From an uncultured Candidatus Rokubacteria bacterium (GTDB lineage: Bacteria; Methylomirabilota; Methylomirabilia; Rokubacteriales; CSP1-6): a DNA stretch of 64,000 nt. The stretch is taken from positions 384,001 through 448,000 of the forward strand of contig CAVWFS010000008.1 in NCBI GenBank assembly GCA_963754315.1, in the 5' to 3' direction. Below are positions 10,407 through 19,369 of the stretch, in pieces; the first letter of the stretch is position 1; every line of letters starts with the position of its first letter. The position numbers and the translations under genes are program-made. The notes beneath the pieces were generated by a model. That model had not been told where the DNA came from. It saw only the letters and a list, made by a program, of their open reading frames with translations, and did not search any database.

Positions 10407-11126
10407 TCAGGGGCGGGGGGTCGTCACCAGCCGTTCGTGGAGGGCGCTGAGGATCTCAGCGATCCCAGCCTGGGCCCAGACGTCGAAGAAAGGCGAGTCG
10501 AGCAGCGCAGCGATGTCCTGGCCCCCCCGCGCCTTTGCCAGCTCCTCGGTCTCTCCGGCCCGCGCCGTTCGCAGGTGCCCGATCACGCGCTCCTTGTGAT
10601 AGATGGCGGGATACTCGATGTAGCGGTAGAGCTCGACAAAGTCCTTCGTGAAGAACACGGCGACCGGGACCGTGGCGAACCGCTGGCCGTTCTTCTCGTT
10701 CGCATATTCCAGCACCAGATCGCTGTTGCCGCCGGCGCTGGGGGAGGGTAGACCCTTCATCAGCATCGTGTCGCCGTCACGGACGAAGATGCGCAACTCG
10801 AGACCGCCAGCTTCCGCGAGGCGGGCCAGGTACGGCACGTCGCGCCGGCAGTCGGACGACCAGTCCTCGGAGATCACCAGGATCTTGGCGGGCCCGCCCG
10901 GTTGCGCCGCGAGCCACTTGATGGCGGCCGTCTGCTCTTCGGCGAGACGCGTTCGCGCGTAGCGGTCGCGGAGGAATCCGCTCCAGTCGACGCGAGGACG
11001 GACATGGGCAAACCGCCGAATGTCGAAGCCCTCGCGGCCGAGGTTTTGGGGCGAGCCGATGAAGGTGACGTACTCGGCGAAGGTCATCCCCTGGGCGAAA
11101 CGATCTGGTGTCATCGTGATTGCCAA
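10407..11126 (-). CDS. Thioredoxin-fold protein (Thioredoxin_9-like) with SxxC motif
   Basis: KILVISEDWSSDCRRDVP, ELRIF, cis-Pro loop TVPVAVF. Confidence 0.75.
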   Translation of the reverse strand: MAITMTPDRFAQGMTFAEYVTFIGSPQNLGREGFDIRRFAHVRPRVDWSGFLRDRYARTRLAEEQTAAIKWLAAQPGGPAKILVISEDWSSDCRRDVPYLARLAEAGGLELRIFVRDGDTMLMKGLPSPSAGGNSDLVLEYANEKNGQRFATVPVAVFFTKDFVELYRYIEYPAIYHKERVIGHLRTARAGETEELAKARGGQDIAALLDSPFFDVWAQAGIAEILSALHERLVTTPRP

Positions 11127-11177
11127 CCTTTCCCGCGGCAGGCGCTGGACAGAGTGTAAGGACGATGCTGAGCACCG

Positions 11178-12446
11178 TCAAACACGGGTGATCTGCGCCA
11201 CGATCCGGGAGTGAGGCCGCGGCGGGCGGGCCAGCCAGAAACACGCCGCTCCCACCGCGCAGAAGCCGACGGCGATCAGGAAGGCGGCCCGGTAGCTCCC
11301 GGTGAGGTCGTGCACGACGCCGCCGAACCACGGACCCACCGCCCCGCCGATCCCGTTGCCGACGCTCAGGATGCCGTAGATAGCGCCGAACCGGCGCCCC
11401 GCGAAGAGCTGCGAGGCGATCGCGGTAATGATGGGACCGCGGGCGCCGAAGCCGAGGCCGAAGAAGAGGGCGTACGCGTACAGCGCGACCGCCGACGGTC
11501 GCACCTCGAGGGCCAGCAGGCAGAGCGTTCCCACTGCCGTGCAGGCGTACGAAATGGTGACCGAGGTCTCTCGCCCGATGCGATCGGCGGCGATGCCGAA
11601 GGCGATTCGGCCCACCGTGGACAGCAGACCAGTGAGCCCGAAGATACCGGCCACGAACAGGCGTGGGAAGCCGTGATCGACCGCGAACGCCACCTGATGC
11701 GTGACGACCGGGAAGACGGCCAGCGGCGTGCAGAGGTACGCGAAGAAGAGCGCCCAGAACGGTCGCGTCCGAAGGGCATCGGCGACCTCCACGCCTGCCG
11801 GCGCGGGTTCCGGGCTGCCGCTACCCGCCTCGCGTCGAGCTGGCGTGCCCCTCGCGGGCGCATCCCGTATGCCGAACCAGATAAGGGGGACAAGGACAGC
11901 CAGAGTGCCCAGACCAAGGACCGTGTAGGCCGTGCGCCAGCCGTGCACGGCAATTAACCATTGGGCGAGGGGTCCGATGACCAGCACGCCTGCCCCCATG
12001 CCCGAAAAGGCCAGGCCCATGATGCTGCCCCGCCGCTCGGCGAACCACCGTGCGATCAGCGCGCCGCTCGGAATCCAGCTGACCGCACACACCCCGACCG
12101 CGGCGATCACGCCCGTGACCAGGTAGAGCGACCATAGAGATCCGATCTGGCTCGACAGGACGCAGGCGCCGCCGAGCAGGACGGCCCCGCTCAGCATGAC
12201 CAGGCGCGGGCCCAGTCGATCCACAAGCATTCCGACCACCGGCGAGAGCAGGCCCTGCACGATCGACGAGATGGAGAAAGCAGCGGCGGTAGCGCCGCGC
12301 GACCAGCCGAACTCCTCGAGCAAGGCCACGAAGAAGATCGGGAACGCGAAGTAGAGGCCCGAAGCGATGGCCAAGGTGATCCACACCGCGCCGACGACAA
12401 TCCACGGCTCAAACGGGTGGCGGCCTGAGCGCGAAGCAGTTGACAT
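11178..12446 (-). CDS. MFS transporter (OFA/monocarboxylate-like)
   Basis: About 12 hydrophobic segments; GMLVDRLGPR and GIAADRIGR motif A repeats. Confidence 0.92.
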   Translation of the reverse strand: MSTASRSGRHPFEPWIVVGAVWITLAIASGLYFAFPIFFVALLEEFGWSRGATAAAFSISSIVQGLLSPVVGMLVDRLGPRLVMLSGAVLLGGACVLSSQIGSLWSLYLVTGVIAAVGVCAVSWIPSGALIARWFAERRGSIMGLAFSGMGAGVLVIGPLAQWLIAVHGWRTAYTVLGLGTLAVLVPLIWFGIRDAPARGTPARREAGSGSPEPAPAGVEVADALRTRPFWALFFAYLCTPLAVFPVVTHQVAFAVDHGFPRLFVAGIFGLTGLLSTVGRIAFGIAADRIGRETSVTISYACTAVGTLCLLALEVRPSAVALYAYALFFGLGFGARGPIITAIASQLFAGRRFGAIYGILSVGNGIGGAVGPWFGGVVHDLTGSYRAAFLIAVGFCAVGAACFWLARPPRPHSRIVAQITRV

Positions 12447-12522
12447 CTGGCCATCATAAGCTTGCGGCGCCCGGCGCTGGGACCGGGCTTCGAGTTTGGT
12501 CAGAAGTGATAGAGTAGGCCCG

Positions 12523-12889
12523 ATGTCGTCGCCGGCTGGGCCAATCGACTACAAGGCGCTCGTGCAGGACGATCGTATCCACGCCTCGCTCTACACCGAC
12601 CCGCGCATCTTCGCCGACGAGATGGAGCGCATCTTCCATCGCGGCTGGGTCTTCGTGGGCCATGACAGCGAGATCGCGCAGGCGGGCGATTTCGTCACCC
12701 GCCATCTCGGCACCGAGCCCGTCATCATGGTGCGGGGGCGCCGTCCAGGCCAAGCGAGAGACGCACTGGTGGGTCGGGCGCACCACGCACTGGCTCCGCC
12801 CGGTCGACGGCGCCCTGAAGATGAGCCGGAAGAAGGTCGTGCTCGTGAACGCCGCTGAGCCGTTGCCCAATCTAGCCTTCCTGATCTGA
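12523..12889 (+). pseudogene. Fused remnant: Rieske ring-hydroxylating dioxygenase alpha N-terminus joined to beta-subunit C-terminus
   Basis: 72 aa ..LYTDPRIFADEMERIFHRGWVFVGHDSEI..GDF..PVIMVRG stop short of the Rieske CxH. From about 12740 another frame gives ..GRTTHWLR..KMSRKKVVLVNAAEPLPNLAFLI*. Confidence 0.82.
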
Positions 12890-12937
12890 GCTTGGCAGTC
12901 TCGTGCTACGTTTGTTCCTCCTTTCGGGAGGTGGCTC

Positions 12938-13687
12938 ATGGGCAAGCTCGAAGGCAAGGTAGCTCTGGTGACGGGTTCCGGTCGCAATATCGGCCGCGCA
13001 ACCGTCTTGCGATTGGCGAGCGAGGGTGCCCACGTCGTCGTCAACGCAAGAACCAACCAGGCGGAGGCTGACTCGGTCGCCCAGGAAGCGCGGGCGTGCG
13101 GGGTGAAGGCCCTCTCCCTCGTCGCCGACGTGGCCAGCGAGGATCAGGTCGTCCGCATGATGGACAAGGCCCTCGCAGAGTTCGGTCGGATCGACATCCT
13201 CATCAACAATGCCGCCATCCGGCCGCACAAACCCTTCCCGGAGCTGACACGGCAGGACTGGGAGGCGGTGAGGGGTGTCGTGCTGGACGGCGCGGTCTAC
13301 TGCACGCGGGCCGTCATCGATTCGATGGTCAGGCATCGCTACGGACGCATCCTGTTCTTTACCGGGGAAGGGGCGTTTGTCGGTGGCAAGGGCCGCGCCC
13401 ACGTCTCCGCGGCCAAGATGGGTCTGGTTGGGCTGGCGCGCGGGCTGGCGTCCGAGTTCGCGGCCCAGAACATCCGGGTCAACGTGGTCTCGCCGGGCAG
13501 CATCGACACCACGCGCGCCAATCCCGAGTGGTACCAAGGACGGGTGCCAGACGCCTCGGGCATCCCGCTCGGTCGTCAGGGGACGGTGGACGAGATCGCC
13601 GCCACCTGCGTGTTTCTGGTCACCGACGACGGGGGCTTCATCACCGGCCAGACCATTCATGTGAATGGCGGCGCCGCCTTCTACTGA
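12938..13687 (+). CDS. SDR family oxidoreductase (FabG-like)
   Basis: TGSGRNIG, NNAA; catalytic YxxxK appears as VSAAK, preceded by His (Tyr absent); ITGQTIHVNGG. Confidence 0.9.
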   Translation: MGKLEGKVALVTGSGRNIGRATVLRLASEGAHVVVNARTNQAEADSVAQEARACGVKALSLVADVASEDQVVRMMDKALAEFGRIDILINNAAIRPHKPFPELTRQDWEAVRGVVLDGAVYCTRAVIDSMVRHRYGRILFFTGEGAFVGGKGRAHVSAAKMGLVGLARGLASEFAAQNIRVNVVSPGSIDTTRANPEWYQGRVPDASGIPLGRQGTVDEIAATCVFLVTDDGGFITGQTIHVNGGAAFY

Positions 13688-16070
13688 TCGGTCGCCGCGA
13701 GGAAGCTCCCATCTGACGGAGGGAGCCCAGTCCCACATCGGTCGGCCCCTGCGGCGCAAGGAGGACGACCGCCTGCTCCGGGGGAAGGGTCGGTTCAGCG
13801 ACGATTTCTTGCTACCCGGTCAAGCCCACGCGGCGATGGTGCGCTCGCCTCATCCCCACGCCCGCATCGTGGCCATCGAGCGGGACGCGGCTCGTGCGAT
13901 GTCGGGTGTCCTGGGTTTCTTCACGGGGTCGGACGTGTCCGCCGACGGCCTGGCTGCCATCCCGCACAATCCGGTGCCGTCCAATCGCTACGATCTGAAG
14001 CTGTGCGCACCAGGGGGCGGCGCGATCTTCTTCGGCCCGCACGCGTTGCTGCCGGCCGACCGAACTCGCCACGTGGGCGAGGCGGTGGCCATGGTCGTGG
14101 CCGAGACAAGCGCCCAAGCCGAGGCCGCCGCTGCCGCCGTGCACGTGACGTGGGCTCCGCTGCCCTTCGTGATCGATGCGGCGGAGGCCGTCCAGGGCCG
14201 AGCGCCGGTGGTGTGGGACGAGGTCCCGACGAATGTCTGTGTGGACACCACCTTCGGGAGCGATGCGGCAGCCGTCGACGCCGCCTTTGCGGGGGCGGCC
14301 CACGTTGTGACGCATGAGTTTCACGTTGGGCGCGTGACCGGGGTGCCGATCGAGCCGCGGGCAGCGCTCGGCGTCTGGGATGCGACGAGCGGGCGGTACG
14401 AGCTTTACGCCGGCAGCGGGGGCGCCTTTCGACAGCGTCGTGAGATCGCCGAGGTCTTGGGGCTGACCCCTGAACGGCTGCGCGTGGTCTCGCTCGACGT
14501 CGGCGGCAACTTCGGGACCAAGAACCGGGTCTACGTCGAGTACGGTCTCGTGCTGTGGGCGGCGCGGAGGCTCGGCCGCCCGGTCAAGTTCACGGCGACG
14601 CGGGCCGAGACATTGGTGAGCGATTATCAGGGGCGCGATCTCATCACCCGGGTGGCGCTGGCTCTCGACCTTGATGGCCGCTTCCTGGCGCTCCGCGCCG
14701 ACAACATCTCCAACGTCGGCGCGCGCGCCGTCTCGTTCTCGCCGCTCGGTAAGGGGTCGGCGCTGGTGACCGGTAACTACCACATCCCTCTGGCGCGAGT
14801 GCGGGCGCGGGCCGTGTTCACGAACACCGTTCCAACCCAGGCCTATCGCTCCTCCGGGCGCCCGGAAGTCACGTTCGCCATCGAGCGGCTCATCGACCTG
14901 GCCTCACAGCAGACCGGCATCGATCGGATCGTGCTACGCCGACGCAATCTGATCGGCGAGGCACAGATGCCGTACACGAACCCGTTCGGGATGATCTACG
15001 ACAGCGGGCTCTATGCCGAGAACATGACGCTCGCCATGCAACGCGCCGACTGGGATGGATTCGAGAAGCGCCGAGCGGAGGCTCAGGGGCGGGGCCTCCT
15101 CCTCGGCCGGGGTCTGGCCAACTACGTCGAATCGTCAGTGGGGACGCCCCGCGAGCAGGCGCGCATGACAGTGCGCCCCGATGGTCCGGGCGATTCACCG
15201 CGCGCCGTCGTCGAGGTGGTCGTCGGCACTCAGTCGGCCGGGCAGGGGCACGAGACGAGCTTCGCCCAGGTCGCGGCCGATCGTCTCGGGCTCGACCTCG
15301 ACTCGGTCCGCATCCTGCTCGGTGACACTGACTTCGTTCGCTTCGGAGGCGGCACCCACTCGGGCCGCTCGATGCGCATGGCGGGGACGGTCATCGCCCT
15401 CGCCTGCGATGACCTGATCGCCGAGGGCCGGCGGCGCGCGGCCCAGGTGCTGGAGGCGGCCGAGAGCGATGTGCGCTACGCGTGTGGCCGCTTTACCGTG
15501 GTCGGTACCGACCGGAGCATCAGCCTCTTCGCGATCCCTGACGGGCTCGCGGTCACGCGCGACAACGAGATGCACGAGCCGGTGTTCCCCAACGGATGTC
15601 ACGTGGGCGAGGTGGAGGTGGATCCGGAGACGGGCGCCGTGCGGCTCGCGCGCTACGTCGCCATCGACGACGTGGGCCGCGCCATCAATCCGCTGATCGT
15701 CGATGGCCAGACCCACGGCGGTATCGTCATGGGGCTGGGCCAGGCGCTGTGCGAGGCGTGCGTGGTCGATCCTGCCACCGGTCAGACGCTGACCGGCTCA
15801 TTCATGGACTACTCTCTCTTGCGCGCGGCCGACGTGCCCTCCTTGGCGACCCACCTCAACGAGGTGGCCTCACCCACGAATCCGCTTGGCATCAAGGCGG
15901 GCGGGGAGGGCGGGACCACGCCGGCTCCTGCCGTGATCGCGAGCGCTATCGCCGACGCGCTGGCGCCCGCCGGCGTCACTGACATCCCACTGCCAGCGAC
16001 GCCCGATGCGATCTGGCGTGCCATCCGCCTCGCCGCTCGCGGTCAGGCTACGGGAACCTCGCGTCCTTGA
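13665..16070 (+). CDS. Xanthine dehydrogenase family molybdopterin-binding large subunit (CoxL form II-like)
   Basis: RKEDDRLLRGKGRF, VGGNFG, AYRSSGRPE, GQGHET, GQTHGG, KAGGEGG. An in-frame CTG at 13713 after gaggaag may be the real start. Confidence 0.92.
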   Translation: MAAPPSTDRSPRGSSHLTEGAQSHIGRPLRRKEDDRLLRGKGRFSDDFLLPGQAHAAMVRSPHPHARIVAIERDAARAMSGVLGFFTGSDVSADGLAAIPHNPVPSNRYDLKLCAPGGGAIFFGPHALLPADRTRHVGEAVAMVVAETSAQAEAAAAAVHVTWAPLPFVIDAAEAVQGRAPVVWDEVPTNVCVDTTFGSDAAAVDAAFAGAAHVVTHEFHVGRVTGVPIEPRAALGVWDATSGRYELYAGSGGAFRQRREIAEVLGLTPERLRVVSLDVGGNFGTKNRVYVEYGLVLWAARRLGRPVKFTATRAETLVSDYQGRDLITRVALALDLDGRFLALRADNISNVGARAVSFSPLGKGSALVTGNYHIPLARVRARAVFTNTVPTQAYRSSGRPEVTFAIERLIDLASQQTGIDRIVLRRRNLIGEAQMPYTNPFGMIYDSGLYAENMTLAMQRADWDGFEKRRAEAQGRGLLLGRGLANYVESSVGTPREQARMTVRPDGPGDSPRAVVEVVVGTQSAGQGHETSFAQVAADRLGLDLDSVRILLGDTDFVRFGGGTHSGRSMRMAGTVIALACDDLIAEGRRRAAQVLEAAESDVRYACGRFTVVGTDRSISLFAIPDGLAVTRDNEMHEPVFPNGCHVGEVEVDPETGAVRLARYVAIDDVGRAINPLIVDGQTHGGIVMGLGQALCEACVVDPATGQTLTGSFMDYSLLRAADVPSLATHLNEVASPTNPLGIKAGGEGGTTPAPAVIASAIADALAPAGVTDIPLPATPDAIWRAIRLAARGQATGTSRP

Positions 16071-17016
16071 GCGCCGCGTAGACCGCGGCCTTGATGTCGT
16101 CTCGGCTGGGCAGCGCGGCCTCTTCCAGGGTCGGGCTGTAAGGAACGGGCACGGGGACGGCGCACACGCGGCGGACCGGCGTCTTCAGCGCGCGAAACGT
16201 CTCGGGATCCTCGACGATCAGGGCGGCAATCTCCGACGCCGCCGAGCACGTCGATGGCGCCTCGTCCACGATGACCACCCGACCGGTCTTCTGCGCCGAC
16301 GCGCGCAGGGTGTCGACATCCATGGGGACCAGGGTCCGCGGATCGACCACCTCGACCGAGATGCCCTCCGATGCGAGCTCCGCGGCCACCGTCAAGGCCT
16401 CGCGCACGTAATACGCGAGACCCACGATCGTCACGTCCGTACCGGACCGCTTCACCTCTGCCATTCCGATCGGTATGAGATGGTCGCCGTCGGGCACGGG
16501 GCCGGTCACGGTGGCCAGCCGGCTGCACTCGAACGACACCACGGGGTTGTTATCCCTGATGGCGCTCTTGAGCAACCCCTTCGCGTCAGCCGGCGTGGAG
16601 GGCAGGATGATCTTCAGGCCGGCCAGGTGCATCCACATGGAATACGGGCTCTGGGAGTGCTGCGCCGCCAGCCCTATGCCGCCTCCGGTCGTGCACCGGT
16701 AGGTCACCGGGAAGTTGGCCTGGCCGCCGAACATGTAGCGGATCTTGCTCGCCTGGTTGACGATCTGGTCCATGGCCACGAAGGAGAACGTCACCATTCG
16801 CCAGTTCACGATGGGGCGGAACCCGCAGCCGGCTGCGCCCAGGCCCATGCCCGTCAGCACCGCTTCCGAGATGGGCGTGAAACGCACGCGGGTGGGGCCG
16901 AACTCCGAGAGGGGATCGCCCGTGAAGTCGGTGGCCATCGTGAAGACCCTGGGGTCGCGCCGCATCTCCTCGGTCACTGCTTCTTCGAGGGCTTTCTGAA
17001 ACGTGATCTCGCGCAT
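16048..17016 (-). CDS. 2-oxoacid/acetoin dehydrogenase E1 beta subunit-like
   Basis: TPISE, MDQIVNQASKIRYMFGG, AAQHSQS, DAKGLLKSAIRDNNPV, EVVDPRTL. Confidence 0.9.
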   Translation of the reverse strand: MREITFQKALEEAVTEEMRRDPRVFTMATDFTGDPLSEFGPTRVRFTPISEAVLTGMGLGAAGCGFRPIVNWRMVTFSFVAMDQIVNQASKIRYMFGGQANFPVTYRCTTGGGIGLAAQHSQSPYSMWMHLAGLKIILPSTPADAKGLLKSAIRDNNPVVSFECSRLATVTGPVPDGDHLIPIGMAEVKRSGTDVTIVGLAYYVREALTVAAELASEGISVEVVDPRTLVPMDVDTLRASAQKTGRVVIVDEAPSTCSAASEIAALIVEDPETFRALKTPVRRVCAVPVPVPYSPTLEEAALPSRDDIKAAVYAALKDARFP

Positions 17017-17033
17017 GGGCGTTCCTCGTCCCC

Positions 17034-18002
17034 TCACTCGGCGAACATGTCGACCAGCAGGTGCTTGGGATCGGGAAAGGGGCTGGCCTCGGCGAACGCC
17101 ACGGCCTCGTCAAGATCTGCCGTCACCCGCTCGCGGAGGGTCGCGATCACGGCCGGGGAGATCGATCCAAGGTCGAGCAGGTGCCGCTCGAGACGCGCAA
17201 CAGGATCGCGTGCCTTCCAGGTCGCGATCTCGTCGAGGGGGCGGGTCTCTGGAGGCACGGCCGCCCGCATGGCGTGGAAGTGCCAGCGATACGTCTTGCA
17301 CTCAAGCAGGGTTGGGCCTTCCCCACGGCGGGCCCTCGTGACCGCCTCGCCGCTGGCCCTATAGACCTCAAGAACGTCGTTGCCGTCGACGATGACGCCG
17401 GGGATGGCGTACGCGTGGGCGTGGGCGGCGATATCGACCCGCGGATGCTGGACGGCCACCGCGTTGTTGGCGGCGTACTGATTATTCTCGCAGACGAAGA
17501 CGATGGGGAGCTTCCACAGGGCGGCGATATTGAGCGCCTCGTGGAATTCGCCTTCGGCGGCGGCCCCGTCTCCGAAGAAGCATCCGGTCACGCCGCCCTT
17601 TCCCTCGAGCTGAGCGGCCAACGCTGCTCCGCAGGCGATGGGCAGCCCCCCGCCTACGATGCCGTTGGCGCCCAGCATTCCCACCGCAAAGTCGGCGATG
17701 TGCATGGAGCCGCCCTTGCCCTTGCAGTAGCCGTCCACGCGTCCGAACAGCTCGGCCATCATGCGCCGGATGTCCGCACCCTTGGCGATGCAGTGCCCAT
17801 GACCGCGGTGGGTGCTCGTCACCCGATCGGTCGTGGTGAGGGTCGAGCACACCCCGACCGCCACGGCCTCCTGGCCGACGTAAGGATGGACCGCCCCGTA
17901 GATCTGGCCGGCCACCCTCAACCGGATGGCCCGCTCGTCGAATTCCCGAATCAGCATCATGGTACGCAGCATGTGGATCAGCTTCGGCGTATCGAGCGCC
18001 AT
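17034..18002 (-). CDS. ThDP-dependent dehydrogenase E1 alpha subunit (AcoA/PdhA-like)
   Basis: GQEA, STHRGHGH, GKGGSMH, ThDP motif GDGA...ENN. Start set at ATG 18002 after SD gaggtg. Confidence 0.92.
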   Translation of the reverse strand: MALDTPKLIHMLRTMMLIREFDERAIRLRVAGQIYGAVHPYVGQEAVAVGVCSTLTTTDRVTSTHRGHGHCIAKGADIRRMMAELFGRVDGYCKGKGGSMHIADFAVGMLGANGIVGGGLPIACGAALAAQLEGKGGVTGCFFGDGAAAEGEFHEALNIAALWKLPIVFVCENNQYAANNAVAVQHPRVDIAAHAHAYAIPGVIVDGNDVLEVYRASGEAVTRARRGEGPTLLECKTYRWHFHAMRAAVPPETRPLDEIATWKARDPVARLERHLLDLGSISPAVIATLRERVTADLDEAVAFAEASPFPDPKHLLVDMFAE

Positions 18003-18066
18003 CACCACCTCCCCAGAATCCGCCGTAGGCATTGTAGAACTGAGCGCGGTCGACCGGAAGTGGGGT

Positions 18067-18095
18067 TTGTCCGGCCGCCGGCGATGCACTATGAT
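18067..18095 (+). promoter_or_regulatory. Putative sigma70 promoter of the nitroreductase operon
   Basis: TTGTCC-N17-TATGAT, followed by SD aaggag and ATG 18122. Confidence 0.5.
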
Positions 18096-18121
18096 CGCCC
18101 CGGCCGGAAAGGAGACCTTGT

Positions 18122-18763
18122 ATGCCCGAGAAGAACGACCTCTTCGAGATCATCCAGACGACGCGGGCCATGCGGCGACTGAAGCCGGACCCGGTGCCTG
18201 ACGAGCTAATCCGCAAGATCCTCGAGGCCGGGGTGTGCGCGGCCAATGGCGGGAACACGCAGCGCTGGCGCTTCCTGGTCATCAAGGACGCGAAGATCAA
18301 GAAGCAGGTGCAGGTGTACTACAAGAAGGCCTTCGACGAGGTGGTCGGGCCGCGCTATCTGAGCAGCGCGCCGCCGCCGGGGGTCAGCCGTGAGCGCTAC
18401 ACGCGGCAGCACACCGCGGTGGAGTATCTCACCGACCACTTCCACGAGGCGCCGGTGTGGATCGTGGCCTGTCTCGACGAGGGGACGGCGACGCCGACCC
18501 GCTCCTCGGGCGCCTCCATCTATCCCGCCGTCCAGAACATGCTGCTAGCGGCACGCGCGCTCGGGCTGGGGACGACCCTCACCACCCGCCACCTTCTGCA
18601 CGAGAAGGACGCCGAAGCTGCGCTCGGCCTGCCGCCGGGCGTTCATTCCTACGCCATCCTTCCCATTGGCTACCCCATGGGCCGGTTCGGGCCCGTCGGC
18701 CGCGGGCCCCTCGCCGACATCGTGTACGAGGAACGGTGGGGCCAACCCTACCGCGGTCTCTAG
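18122..18763 (+). CDS. Nitroreductase family protein
   Basis: RAMRRLKPDPVP, GGNTQRWRF, AVQNMLLAARALGLG, PIGYP. Confidence 0.92.
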   Translation: MPEKNDLFEIIQTTRAMRRLKPDPVPDELIRKILEAGVCAANGGNTQRWRFLVIKDAKIKKQVQVYYKKAFDEVVGPRYLSSAPPPGVSRERYTRQHTAVEYLTDHFHEAPVWIVACLDEGTATPTRSSGASIYPAVQNMLLAARALGLGTTLTTRHLLHEKDAEAALGLPPGVHSYAILPIGYPMGRFGPVGRGPLADIVYEERWGQPYRGL

Positions 18764-18776
18764 AAAGGAGCCCCTC

Positions 18777-19328
18777 ATGCCTCGCGTCGCTCCCATCACC
18801 AGCAAGGCTGACGTGCCCGCCGAGCATCACGCCGTGGTCGACAAGGTCGTCGGCGTGTTCGGCGGAGTGCGGGGACCCTTCAGCATGCTCCTCCACAGTC
18901 CGAAGCTTGCCGAGCGGGTGCTCGGTCTCGTCACCTTCTTCCGCGACGAGAGTATCGTCGAGCCGAAACTTCGCTCGGTGGCAATCCTCGCCGCCGTCCG
19001 CGAGCGCGAGGCGGCGTACGTGTGGGCGGCCCAGGTGGCCGCCGCCCGCCGCAACGGTGTGAGCGAGGACGTGATCGACCTCCTGAGAGCGAAGGGCGAT
19101 CCGGGAAAGCTTCCCGCCGAGGAAAGGGAGATCGTGACCTACGTCCGCCAGCTGATGCGCACGAACCGCAGCGACCAGGCGGCCTTCGATTCGCTCAAGA
19201 ACCGGCACGGCACGCCGTGGCTGGTCGAGCTGACGGCGGCCGCCAATTACTTCGCTCTCCTGTCGGGTGTCGTCAATGCCTTCGAGGTTGCGGCCCCGGC
19301 GGACGGCGACAAGCTGCCCGCCTCGTAA
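18777..19328 (+). CDS. Carboxymuconolactone decarboxylase/AhpD-like protein
   Basis: GPFSMLLHSP, LRSVAIL, YVW..ARRNGVS, LVELT; SD aaggag. Confidence 0.8.
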   Translation: MPRVAPITSKADVPAEHHAVVDKVVGVFGGVRGPFSMLLHSPKLAERVLGLVTFFRDESIVEPKLRSVAILAAVREREAAYVWAAQVAAARRNGVSEDVIDLLRAKGDPGKLPAEEREIVTYVRQLMRTNRSDQAAFDSLKNRHGTPWLVELTAAANYFALLSGVVNAFEVAAPADGDKLPAS

Positions 19329-19341
19329 CGCGGTCTGACGC

Positions 19342-19369
19342 ACCGGCCCCTCGGTGGGGGGCCGGTTTC
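19342..19369. terminator. Intrinsic terminator between convergent genes
   Basis: accggcccc / ggggccggt 9-bp stem, 7-nt loop, short T run. Confidence 0.55.

Noticed and set aside
13665..16070. Aerobic CO dehydrogenase (coxL form I)
   Set aside because: Lacks the AYxCSFR Cu-binding motif and coxMS/accessory genes.
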